From Octopus vulgaris (lineage: Eukaryota): a stretch of 64,000 bases of DNA. How positions within the stretch are numbered: position 1 is the first letter of the stretch; every line of letters starts with the position of its first letter. A program made the position numbers and the translations under genes. Shown piece by piece: positions 1 through 12,753 of the stretch. Where the stretch lies: assembly GCA_951406725.2 (NCBI GenBank), contig OX597827.1, forward strand, positions 72,478,001 to 72,542,000. Direction: 5' to 3'. The notes under the pieces were generated by a model. That model did no database searches. It had not been told where the DNA came from and saw only the letters and a list, made by a program, of their open reading frames with translations.

Positions 1-357
1 CAAAACCAGAGCTTGAGTAGTTTAAGTAGTCCTTTGTTCCAGCACACCATGCCACTTATGTACAGCAAGGATTTGCTTTTCCAGGTGCCAAGCTGCAACC
101 CATCAATTTGCCTGGGTAGATTTTAGCCCCTACCACTGTCTCATATTCTTTTAGAATGGTGCAGGCCTTCTCAACACCTCAAAGATGACTTCAACAATGT
201 ATGTCAACGGGGCCCGGCAGGGACCCAGTTAATAATGACATTTTGGAATTGGCTACTAGGGTCCAAAATGTTAGGGACATTATGATTGCGAATCATACAG
301 GAGAACAAGAAACAGGTGTTGCGTGTTGGTTATGAATCGAAAATGAACTCAACAATA

Positions 358-724
358 GTAACAAAAGCACTCAGAGAACAGAAACCTCTACCATGGCAAC
401 ACCAACATCCTCTCAACACTTAACTGGAGATGATTGTTAAAATGAGAATATCTGAAATAAACTCGACTGCTCTCACAAATGAGAATACTAAAAATGAACC
501 CAACCGCTCTCAAAAATTAAGTAAAAAAACAGGAAAATAATCCAGAATCCTTGTCTGGCACCAGATCGATCCAAAAATCTAATCAGTTTGTGATAGTCAC
601 GAGGCCAAACATTCCTAAAAGTTTCATCTGAGTCCATCCAGTGGTTCTTGAGATATCTTGTCCACGGACAAACAAAAATGACTGAAAACACTACCTCTGT
701 CTTTGCTAAGGCAGAGGTAATAAT
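358..724 (+). mobile_element. short non-autonomous DNA element with 3' stem-loop (Helentron/DINE-like, tentative)
   Basis: 5' AGCACTCAGAGA...AAACCTC shared with about 41408-41450; 3' hairpin ACCTCTGTC...GGCAGAGGT followed by (AAT)n. Confidence 0.4.
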
Positions 725-935
725 AATTATTATTTTTGACACAAACAGTGAAGCCATAGCAACGCAAGAATGATGTGCTGGTCAAATCTGGAATACCTTT
801 GATTTTTAGGTCTGTTGAACCAAGACTGCTTTGGGGATTAAACTCCAAGAGTAAGCATAACTTTGTTGCAATACAAGATACAGTCACATAGACACAAACA
901 CATTAATATCAAATATAAATGATGACAAGACTTAC

Positions 936-1029
936 CTCTGCCTGTTCAGCTGCCACAGTTTGTAACATGGAGCATTCCTGCATGTTGCTCTGCCAACTCT
1001 GCAACTGCTGTTTATATGTGCGCAATGAA
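936..1029 (-). CDS. SFI1: SFI1 exon 29 (SLRTYKQQLQSWQSNMQECSMLQTVAAEQAE)
   Basis: ttttgtag| acceptor, GAG|GTAAGT donor, 94 nt; continues the C-terminal coiled coil. Confidence 0.85.
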
Positions 1030-4000
1030 CTACAAAACATGGTACAAATACAGATCAAATTTAATTGACAATATACAATATATTTGATGGCATTGCCAAA
1101 ATCCTGTTTTTATTTTTTGTAATAGAAATAAAACAGGCACAAAATGTCTCAGGGTTTCTGAAATTTTGGGGAAGAAAGGAGAAATTTATTCTTTGAATTG
1201 AATGCTAGCAACAAAGTGGACCCCTACCTTTACACTATATTTGGTGCTGAACTCATTTCTGATTCTCACTTTCTTCATTGTACTTTTGTACATAGTTTGT
1301 ACAGCTCTCAAAAGCCCTCAAAATCCACACCTAGTTTCATATGTGGCCACCAGATTACTGAAAATAGTGCCCTCAAAGGCCTTCTCCAAATCAATGAATG
1401 CTAGGTATAGTGACTTACTCTTCACCAAGTACTTTCTTTGCAATTGCCACACAAAGAAAATAGTATCAGTGGTATCTCTTCCAGGTGTAATGGTGAACTT
1501 CAACTCATCTAGGTTAATTCTCTTTCTAATCAATTGTACTATGATTTATTTCATGACCTTCACTGTTTAGTTCAACAATTTGAGGCCTCACTGATTTCCT
1601 CCCACAAATGCATCTGCTTTGCCTTGGTAGCAATTTACAATAAACTGCACTTGCAAAGACCTGTTGAGACAAGTGAAGTTGTTGTGGACAATGATAGTAC
1701 TGCCTGATTGGCACATAAAAAGCACCAGTCGAGCATGGTCAGTGCCACCTGACTGGCTCCTGTGCCTGTGGCACGTAGAAAGTACCATTCGAGCGTGGTT
1801 GATGCCAGTGCCAGCTGACAGGTCCCATGCTGGTGGCACGTAAAAACACCCACTACACTCTTGGAGTGGTTCGTGTTAGGAAGGGCATCAAGCTGTAGAA
1901 ACATTGCCAGATAAGATTAGAGCCTAGTGCAGCCTTCTGGCTCGCCAGCCCACAGTTAAACTGTCCAACCCATGCCAACATGGAAAGCGGACGTTAAACA
2001 ACAATGATGATGATGATGATGATGATAATGACTGCTATGTCGATCAGTGGGTATGCTGTGTTTCACTATTACCTGATGAAGACTTCAAGTGACTGGCATG
2101 TATCACACTTCACAAGAATTTTGGAGCATCTTAGTGACGATCCCTGAGGGACCAGCAGCTTTCCCTTCTTCATATCTTTAATTACTCTCTTTACCATACA
2201 ACTCTCAACTTAAGTTACTGATCCCTCTGATAGGTCAACACGAAATGGACATTTATCCCATGTATTCTCCTTGATTAGCAAAATCTGATAAAAGCACTTC
2301 TATATTTCTTTCTTGCCATCAATGTTAAAAAAAAAATGTACCTCTATTATTTTTGACATATTTATCTCAAGTTTTCTGGTTCTCTGCCTTGTGATCCAGA
2401 ACACCATTGCACCTCTGACCGTCATGTCACAGAACATGTGAAAATCTCTTCCTTTCTACTTCTCCCTTACCTAAGTATACCTGAAGCCTAATTTTTCTTC
2501 TTGTTATTAGGTAATGCTCTCTCTTTCCATTTTCCTTTCAGACTTTCCAATCTTGTCTCTTAGCTGTTATCACTCTATTTACTGTGCCGTTCCACTACCA
2601 CATCAAATTTTGTCAGGCCAGGACCTTGCACCAGCCCACATCTGGCCCCAGTAGGTTTATTTTTGAACAGCACCCAGTTTTCCCCCAGTAGGCTTATCTT
2701 GCAACAGCATCCAGTTGTCATCTATGCTATAAGTTGCTTTCTTTTCCTCCTTCCTACTGTCATGTATTTCAGCTACTCAACTTTACCAGTACAGATGGCT
2801 TTGCCACTACTGTACAATATGGATAGCTTTATCAATGTAATATCCATGTACAAACAGCAGTGTCACTATAGTGTCCATGATAAACATCTATGTAAACATA
2901 TTGCACCCTAAAGTGAGCAACATGACCTTTGGATTCCCATATGTCTGAGAATTTCCCCCAAACAGCCAATTAAATAAGCAGAATGGATTAATGTACAAAC
3001 CTAAGTCTGAGACGGCCCTGTTTGTAGTCCAGCATTAACTGCTTCAAGTGTGAAATTTCTTCAATCAACTGCGACTGGCTACACTCTGTAGTTGATGGTA
3101 ATTTGTTATGCATGTCTGAATCAATGCTGCTACCCTGGAGAACACTGCTGACATTATGGTTTAATAAGGTGAAGTCTTGTGGGGTCATCAGTCGGTGACC
3201 CTCTTGCACATTACTCTGTGTTAACCTTGAACCGGAACTGGTTGCAGGGACTACACAACATTGTAATTCTCCTTCATCTTGATCGATATTAAAGTCAATG
3301 CTGCACTGCAGGTCTTCATCTTGGGACATGTAAGGAACAATATTCTGTAGCAGACCATCACCGTAGAGAGGGTCATGGTTACCATTGCACTGAGTGCCTT
3401 CATTATTTGGAATGTTGGACTCAATGATGGGCAATACATTATTGTCTTGGACAGTGTTAGGTACTGAGTCCTGTAGTAATCTGTTATCTCCAAGAATGTT
3501 ATGGGCTGTTGTTTGTAGCTGCTCGTTAATTCTGGGAATGTTCTGATTGGTACTGTAGATTAAACTCTTATCTCTGGGAATGTTAGCATTATTATTCAAC
3601 AGTGAACCTTTATGAAAAGAATCACAGGTCTTAGTAGTCAGGAGTAACTGTTTATCTTCAGACATGTTGGGCTGTGAACTCTGCAATAACACTTCTTCTC
3701 CAACAGTGTTGGGATGTGATGTTGCCAATGGTGACATCTGTTCAGCAGTGTTTGGTTTAGACATTAACATTGATGACCTCTCTTGCCTGATATCTCCAGG
3801 CCTCATCTTTGTCGAGAACCCAAGGTTGGCATCAGGTGAAGCAGATTCCACTGGAAGATGCTTTAATGAAATGGGGCAGGAACTGACAGCACCAGCAATC
3901 TGAAATGATAACAAAACATGAGATATAGAATATATATTCATTTAGTCTTTTACTGGTTCCAGTCTTTAGACTGTGGCCATGCTGGGGTAATGCCATCAAA

Positions 4001-7000
4001 GATTTTAGTCAATCAGATTAAACTCAAGACTTATTTCAATCTCATACTTGTTTTATTATTTTATACATTATTTACATTGTTTACAAGTAACGGATATCTG
4101 TCCTCATCTTGTTTGTTGTTAACACAACGTTTCGGCTGATATATCCTCCAGCCCTCATCAGGTGTCTTGGGGAAATTTTGAACCTGGGTTTTCATTCCTA
4201 AAGTATTTTTTGATGTTATTATTATTATTATTATTATTCAGGTCACTGCCTGGAATCGAACTCAGAATCTTGGGGTTAGTAGCCTGCGCTCTTAACCACT
4301 ATGCCATATGCCCGAAATTTTCCCAAGACACCTGATGAAGGCTGGAGGGTATATCAGCCGAGACATTGTGTTAACAACAAACAAGACGAGGACAAATATC
4401 CGTCAAATGTAAATAATGTAAGTAATGTACATAATTCCTCATCTCTTAAATATAGAACTGTATTATTATTTTATGTTCTTTATCCCCTGTTTGGCCCCTG
4501 TTCTGAAGTCAGCTGACCTGTCTTTAAGATGGGTCAAGTGTCTTCATTATTAAAGTTAGTGAATGATATGGAAATAAAAACATTTTATAAGCTGTAGCAA
4601 GGGTGAGGGAACCCCTTCCCCACAAGGGAATTACTGCCCACATTCAAACTTGAAGCTGTACACAGAGACCATAGGGAGCAATTAAAGGAGGAGGGATTAG
4701 TTCATACTATTAATCCTAACTTGACTGGTATTTTATTTTATAACTTCCTGATGTGTCTTGCTATGATTAATATGGGTTCCATAGCTATCTTTGAGAATTT
4801 GGTGAAATTCTAGATATAAGGCAGCTGAATTATTGACTAATATTTGTCAACAACAGCAGCAGCAGTAGTGGTAGCAGTGGCACTGCTGCTGCCCACCACA
4901 ATGCAGTGATCAATTGATTGATGAGTTAATCAGTCCTAATAAACCGGTTACATCATCATCATATAATTGTTCATCTTCCATGCTAGCATGGGTTGGATGG
5001 CTTGATAGGAGCTGGTAAGTCAGACGACTGCACCAAGCTCTACTGTCAGTGTTGGCATGGTTTCAATGGCTGGATGTCCCTCCTAAAGCCAGCCACTTTC
5101 CAGAGGGAACCAGGTACTTTTTACATGGCACCAGCACTGGCAATGTAACATCAGCACTGGTGAGGTGGCACCAGCATCAAAAGCAAAATAAATTACCTGT
5201 TCTTCATTATTCCTTGTTTGAGACGATGCCACTCTGCCTCCGTCACCGACCACACAGTCTCTGTTTAATGTGGTTGGTGGTGGTTGTTGTTTATCACAGT
5301 GAAGACGACTGGAAGATTCTGGGACAGTCCTGAAAAGAATATTACAATAGTGAATTCTAAGATCCAAAAAACATATTAAGACTAACTTCTATGCTTGTCT
5401 TAAAATTTTGCAGATGAAGCCATGCATCTTATTAAAACAATTAGCAGAAACATAAGTACAGATAAGGGCAGTGTGGACAAAAAACTTGCTTCTCAACCAC
5501 ATAATTACAAGTTCAACCCCACCGAACGACACCTTGGGAAATTAAGTGGATTTGGTTAAGCAGAAACTGAAAGAAACCCATTGAAAATAGGTGCAGGAGT
5601 GGCTGTGTGGTAAGTAGCTTGCTTACCAACCACATGTATCACCATCCCAATATCTGACTGAAACCAAAGCTTACCTGGGACCAGGGTTCTTTCTTGATGT
5701 TGGCTGAGACAAAAAGACAAGCAAGTTTCAGAACATTTCTACACAGCCAGGCCTAACTATGCAAATATGAATATCTTTATATATAAAAGTCAAGTTGTGT
5801 GTCTGTCTCCTACGATTTAGATTCCTAACTACTCCCACATTTTGCAGTGCAGTTTAACCAAAACCGGGTATCTTATAGTCGTGATTCATATCGAGCCCTT
5901 CTGGGTATTAGTGCGCGTCTACGATGAGTCTACGATTTAAAAAAAAATTTACCATCATTTTTTTCCATTTTAATGCATTTTTTCGCTATTATACAAGGGA
6001 AGTAACTCTCTAAAAATGTCTACGATGAGTCAACGATTTAAAAAAAAAATTACCATCATTTTTTTCCCATTTTTAATGCATTTTTTTGCTATTTTTTGGC
6101 TATAACTCTCAAAAGATGCTTATATAGTTATTTCCCTTACAAACCTGAGCAACACCGGGCGATACTGCTAGTAAATAAATAAAATGTTAAAATAAAGAAT
6201 AGTTGCTGCTACAGCACCTGCTGACAGAGTCAGTGGAGGAATTGCCAAGATCCAGTGATTCCAAGATGAAGGCTGGACAAACTGGCTTTGGTCTTGATTT
6301 AGTCAATTCCAGAAGATTATTGATGGCATCTTGGTTGACGCTGAAAAAAAAGAAGAAAATTGAGTGATGGTCACAGGGATTTTAATGTGTTGGACAGGCA
6401 ACTCTTTGACTCAAATATTTGTTTAGCCCTTTTGTTACTAACTCGGCCAAAACCGGCTCTGGCTCTGTGGTAAAATGTCTTGTTTTCATAAGTTCTGAAT
6501 TAAAATCTTCCACCAAACCTTAGTCACAATTTATGTTCCTAACACTAGCTTAATGATAACTAAGTTATTTTACTAAATTTTTTGTTATATTTAAAGTAAT
6601 TGAAAGGAACACAGAGCATCTCAAAAGAAATATGGTAACGAAAGGGTTAGATAGAATATGTTTGTCTGGGTCAGTTGCTCAACAGAGATGTATATTTGAT
6701 GTGGATGGCTTTGACACAGAAATATGTTTGATAGGAAAACAGAGTTGACATAAAGATGCGTAGTCGATGCGGACGTGTCTGATATGAAAAATACTTTTGA
6801 GAACACATATGGGTGACATACAAATGCATATTTGGCAGAGATGTGTCTGATATAGAAATATGTTTGAGAATAATTATGGTTGACACAGAAGGCAGAAAGC
6901 TGGCAGAAATGTTAGCACACCAGGCGAAATGCTTAGCGGTATTTCGTCTGCTGCTATGTTCAGAGTTCAAATTCCGCCAAGGTCGACTTTGCTTTTCATC

Positions 7001-10000
7001 CTTTCAGGGTCGATTAAATAAGCACCAGTTATGCACTGGGGTAGATATAATTGACTTAATCTGTTTGTCTGTCCTTATTTGTCCCCTCTGTGTGTTAGCC
7101 CCTTGTGGGCAGTAAAGAAATAAGAAATGTTAGCACAAGGGCGAAATGCTTAGCAGTATTTCCTCTGTCTTTATGTTCTGAGTACAAATTCCACCGAGGT
7201 TGACTTTGCCTTTCATCCTTCTGGGATCAATTGAATAAGTACCAGTTGTGTACTGGGATCGATCTAATCGACTGGCCCCCTCCCCAAAAATTCTGGACCG
7301 TGTGCCTAGAGTAGAAAAGAATATGGTTGACACAGAGATGTGTACTTGATACAGATGTGTCTGGTATAAAAATACACAGACTAATATGATGTCTTATTGA
7401 CCCTGGATGAATGAAATACAAAGTTGAATTCAGCAAGATTTGAACTCAGAACATAAGGAACCAGAATAAAACTGTAAAAAGACAATGACAATACTGACGA
7501 CGAAGAATGATAAATGGGTTGTCAAATCAACCACCTGTGCTGGTGCCACGTAAAAAGCACCTGTTCTGGTGCCATGCAAAAAGTATCCACTGTGGTGCCA
7601 CATATAAAACACTGGTATTGGTGTTATGTAAAGAGCCCCCTGTACACTTTGTAAAGTGGTTGGTGTTAGGAAGGGCATCCAGCAGTAGAAACCACGCTAA
7701 AACAGACAATAGGAGCAATTGCCAACTCTGTCTTGCCAACTCCTGTCAAACTGTCCAACCCAGGCCAGCATAGAAAACAGACGAGGAATTCCAACCACGT
7801 TTCATGGTTCTCTACCTCAACAGCTCCTTTATAGGATCCAGTAGCTAAAGACTTCATCAGGAGGAACCACATCCGGTTTCGGCCCCTACTTCTCTACTGT
7901 TTTCGACATGGCAGGGCCCCACCCCCTTTTGGAGGTGTCTTCAGCTCTGGTGTTGAGTGCGTTTCTTCTTTCTCCTCTTTCTCTTTCGTTCTTTGGTTTC
8001 TTCGATGCAGCATCAACGAATGTCAGCAGGTGACTGACCATCCTGCCAAATTTACCTTTAAATACTCGCCAGTAGGCTCCAGCAGCCAGCACCAGCTGTC
8101 ACATGACACTGTCCAAGCTTCAACTGACCAATAGAGGAGAAGGGCATGTAGTTTTACCTGCACCCTCTTTAAATTTGCCTTCCAACAGTGTCTTGTTAGT
8201 TTCAGTTCAAGTAGCTAGAGCCGACCAGCTGTTTGGTGGTACAAGCCTTCGAATCAGGAGGAGGGTGCACTATAAATGAGACCACTATCTTGGCCCACCT
8301 GTCAATCAACGATGCTGCTTAAGTGTCAGCCAGCCTCACCTAGTGATGCTATTTCCCAGTCAGCATGTTATGGCATTCAAGCCATTTTGGGTCTTCTCGC
8401 TTCAGCCATATATAGAAGCTGGTTTTTTTGACTACCTCCTGCATCCTCCTTATTACTTTTCTCAGCTCTGAGTTTGAAAATGCAAAACTGATGGCGATAA
8501 AGATGATTTGTATAGAGAAACAGGATATTACCTCCAGCTTCCATGATTGATTGTTGAGTCTTTGGATGAGGAAATTCCACTGTGTCGTGGGGCGTTTGGA
8601 ATATTCTGGAGTTTGGGTAAGCACAAGGGCTGAGACGAATGTGGTCTTGAGTCACTGTCACATTGCAACTTCTGGCGCCTTTTAACATACAGTTTCCAGC
8701 GCAAAGCAAACTTCTGTGCAAGGCAGAATGTGGAAAGGGCTTCCTGCAACGAGAAAGAAATATGATGACGATGACAATAGTAATAATTATTGTTGCTAAC
8801 ATAAGTATAAGGTTGAGAGTTTGGGGATGGGAGAAGGGGGTTAATGAATTAAATTGACCCTAGAACTTGATTGGTGTTTAATTTTTTCTGATCCTGGAGG
8901 AATGAATGGTAAAGCTGATCTGAGTAGTCTCTGAACTTTGGAGTCAATAAAAGAGGTGCTAGGAATATAGTGGGGCCATGTGAAATTACTATGTCTCTCC
9001 CTTGTTATAGGTGGCACTCCGTTGGTTATGATGACAAGGGTTCCAGATGAGCTGATCAATGGAAAAGCCTGCTTGTGAAATTAACATGCAAGTGGCTGAG
9101 CACTCCACAGACACGTGTACCCTTAACGTAGTTCTCAGGGAGATTCAGCATGACACAGAACGTGACAAGGCTGGCCCTTTAAATTACAGGTACAGCTCAT
9201 TTTTGCCAGATGAATGGACTGGAAGAACGTGAAATAAAGTGTCTTGCTCAAGGATACAATACTCTGCTGGGAATTGAACTCATGACCTTGCAATCGTGAG
9301 GTAAATACCCAAACCACTAAGCCACACACCTTCATCTCTGTTACATGACCCTATACTATACAACAGTCCATCACACCTCTATACATAACACTTACTGCAT
9401 TACAATGTATTACTCAATACAATGCCATGTTATACAACACTACCCTTTCTTTTCTCTTGTTTTTGCCAGTTGAGTGAACTGGAGCAACGTGAACTAAAGT
9501 GCCTTGCTCAAGGACTCAATGCATCACCGGGAATTGAATTCATGACCTTATGATCATAAGCTGAATACCCTAACCATTAAGCCATGTATCTTGTTATAAA
9601 AATGAACTGTGTGCCTATATAAATAAAGAAGCTGGGTCTCATGATCCTCCCCCAACCTGGATTAATTTCTAGATTAGTTGAAGCGTTAAGACATAAACTG
9701 AAGGTGTTTCCTCTTAGCAGTGATAACAAACCTGTGTCTGCTGTGTCTGGGCAAAACTTCTTCTCCAGCGACCCAACTGATCCGCGGTAGTCAACCATTT
9801 TTGTAATCCTTGTCGTAGTAGACGTTGCCGACGGCTCTCACAAGCAGCTTGTATACGGGACTTCTTCCGCAAACTGTCACACACAAACTCCTTCCATCCT
9901 CTGAAAACCTGCAAAAAGTAATCATACACATTATGTATATATATGTTGTGTGTGTGTGAGTAGACTTAGTAGAGGAAAACTTACAGAAGCTCTTATATAA

Positions 10001-10632
10001 AAGCAAATATATATATATGTATATATACTTAAATCCTTAAAAATGTTCCAGCCCAAAAGCTGTGGCCATGCTGGGGCACCACCGATGAATGAGCTACACT
10101 ACCTCTGATATGTGGCACTTGGTCAACAAGGGAGTTCGACGTCGCTGCCCGCATCTGTGTTTCCTGCCGAGAGGTAGGTTCATCTGGAACCTTTGACAAG
10201 AAGAGATCCAGTTTAGTTTTAAAGAAACCCACATCCACACCATGCAGGTCTCTTAGGCATTTAGGAAGGATATTGAAGAGCTGTGGTCTCCTGAAACCCA
10301 AGCTTATATATATATATATGTAAAACCCATGCCAGCATGGAATATGGATGTTAAAAGTTGATGATGATGAGGATGGTGATATATGTATGTGTGTGAGTTA
10401 CATTGACTTGACATTGCTTAAGAGTCGTAAAATGGGAGTCACTGTCTTACAAGCGGTGTTGTTTGCTTCTAATCCTCACGGAAAAATTTTTTTGATTATG
10501 GGGAAACAATACTTTGTATGGAAACAGATGAGAATTGGTGGCAGGAAGGATGTCTGGCCATAGAAAATCTGCCACAACAAATTCCATCCGATCCATGCAA
10601 GTTTGGAAAGTGAATGTTAAGATGATGATGAC

Positions 10633-10673
<41 letters not shown>

Positions 10674-12716
10674 GAATGAATATATAATTCATCATCTTCA
10701 TCATCGTTTAATGTCCGTTTTCCATGCTAGCATGGGTTGGATGGTTCGACCATGGAGGCTGCACCAGGCTCTAGTCTGATCTGGCAGTGTTTCTAGAGCT
10801 GGATGCCCTTCCTAATGCCAACCACTCCGTAAGTGTAGTGGTTGCTTTTTACGTGCCACCAGCACAGGGGTCAGAGGAGGCTGGCAAACGGCTACGATCG
10901 GTTGGTGCTTTTACATGTCACCGACATGGACGCTAGTCAGGTGGCGCTGGCATCTGCCACATTTGGATGGTGATTTTTACGTGTCACCGGCACAGGTGTC
11001 TTAACTACAGTTTCCATTTGATTTTCATTTTGATGTCGACATACTTGACTCAATAGGTCTCTTCAAGCACAGCGGGTCACTCTACGATCCAAGGTTAGCA
11101 TAGCAGGCTGTCCTGCAAACCATGAACTTGCTTCATTTGTTGGGTCTTCACAGTCACAGCATATCTCAGGGGTCTCGGTCTGGATGGATGAATGTATGAA
11201 TCTTTGTGTTTGTCTTCCATTGCTTCACAACCAGTGTCGGTTTGTTTACAACCTGTAATTTAACAGTTCAGCCTCCAAAAGAAATTGATAGAATAAATAC
11301 CACACTCAAAATAAGCATGAAGGTTGATTTCATCAACTGAACTTTCCAGGGTGGTGTTGTCCCAGCATGGCCACAGAAATAACGACTGAAACAAAGTAAA
11401 AGAATAAAAGTCAGTGCAATACTCTTACCTTACGTTGCAGTGTTGTACTCCAGTGCCAGAGTGCAATGTATGTCTTTTGGTTTTCCACACGGGACAGCTC
11501 CAGTTGTTGCTGCCACACAGCAAAGGCAGTGATTGTGATCCGTGTCTGGTTGAACCAGTCAGCCTGCATCTTCAGAAGCTGCAACACAGATATCAGCCCT
11601 TGAGCATTTACAAGACAAAAACTAAAGGCAATAATTGGTCTTTTAATCAACATGTGGGTTGTATAGGTTTAAAGTAAGTGCAGGCATGCCTGTGTAGGAA
11701 AGAAGCTGGTGTTCTTTAGGCGGTGAGCTGGCAGAAACGTTAGCACGCCGGGCGAAATGCTTTTACGTTCTGAGTTCAAATTCCGCCGAGGTCAACTTTG
11801 CCTTTCATCCTTTCGGGGTCGATAAATTAAGTACCAGTTACGCACTGGGGTCGATCTAATTGACTTAATCCGTTTGTCTGTCCTTGTTTGTCCCCTCTGC
11901 GTTTAGCCCCTTGTGGGTAGTAAAGAAATGGGTGTTCTTTAACCCCAGGTCAGCTTAAGATGTGTAGGACTACAATCAGGATTCTACCTGCACTGACCTT
12001 CCAATGTTTAACCCTTTAACGTTTAGATTAAGCCTTCAAAAATAATGCTTATTTATTCACAATGTTTGGAACTAATCCTGGATTATCTCACATATTTCAG
12101 ATTCTAATGATGTGGCAAAGTTTCTACAACTGGAAGCCCTTTCTTATGCCAACCACTTTACAGAGTACACTGGGAGTGTTTTTTTAGTCCAGCAACATTA
12201 GTGAGGTCAGCACTGTATCTTAAACTACATTATCTAATGTAAACCTCCTTGTTTTAAAGCCATTCTCCAACCCCTGGCCGACAGACAACCTGTGTCCTCT
12301 CCTGTATTTTTACACTGTAACTACAGGTGCAGGAGTGGCTGTGTGGTAAGTAGCTTGCTAACCAACCACATGGTTCCGGGTTCAGTCCCACTGCGTAGCA
12401 CCATGGGCAAGTGTCTTCTGCTATAGTCCCGGGCCGACCAATGCCTTGTGAGTGGATTTGGTAGACTGAAACTGAAAGAAGCCTGTCGTATATATGTATA
12501 TATATATAAGTGTGTGTGTATATGTTTGTGTGACTCTGTTTGTCCCCTAGCATTGCTTGACAACCGATGCTGGTGTGTTTACGTCCCCGTCACCTAGCGG
12601 TTCAGCAAAAGAGACAGATAGAATAAGTACTGGGCTTACAAAGAAGAAGTCCCAGGGTCGATTTGCTCGACTAAAGGCGGTGCTCCAGCATGGCCACAGT
12701 CAAATGACTGAAACAA

Positions 12717-12753
<37 letters not shown>

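Noticed and set aside
2073-2100. CTGATGA box
   Set aside because: No stem II-GAAA partner; lies in a LINE-like fragment.
7845-7890. Hammerhead-like GAAACC...CTGATGA on the minus strand
   Set aside because: No room for stem I and stem II does not pair.
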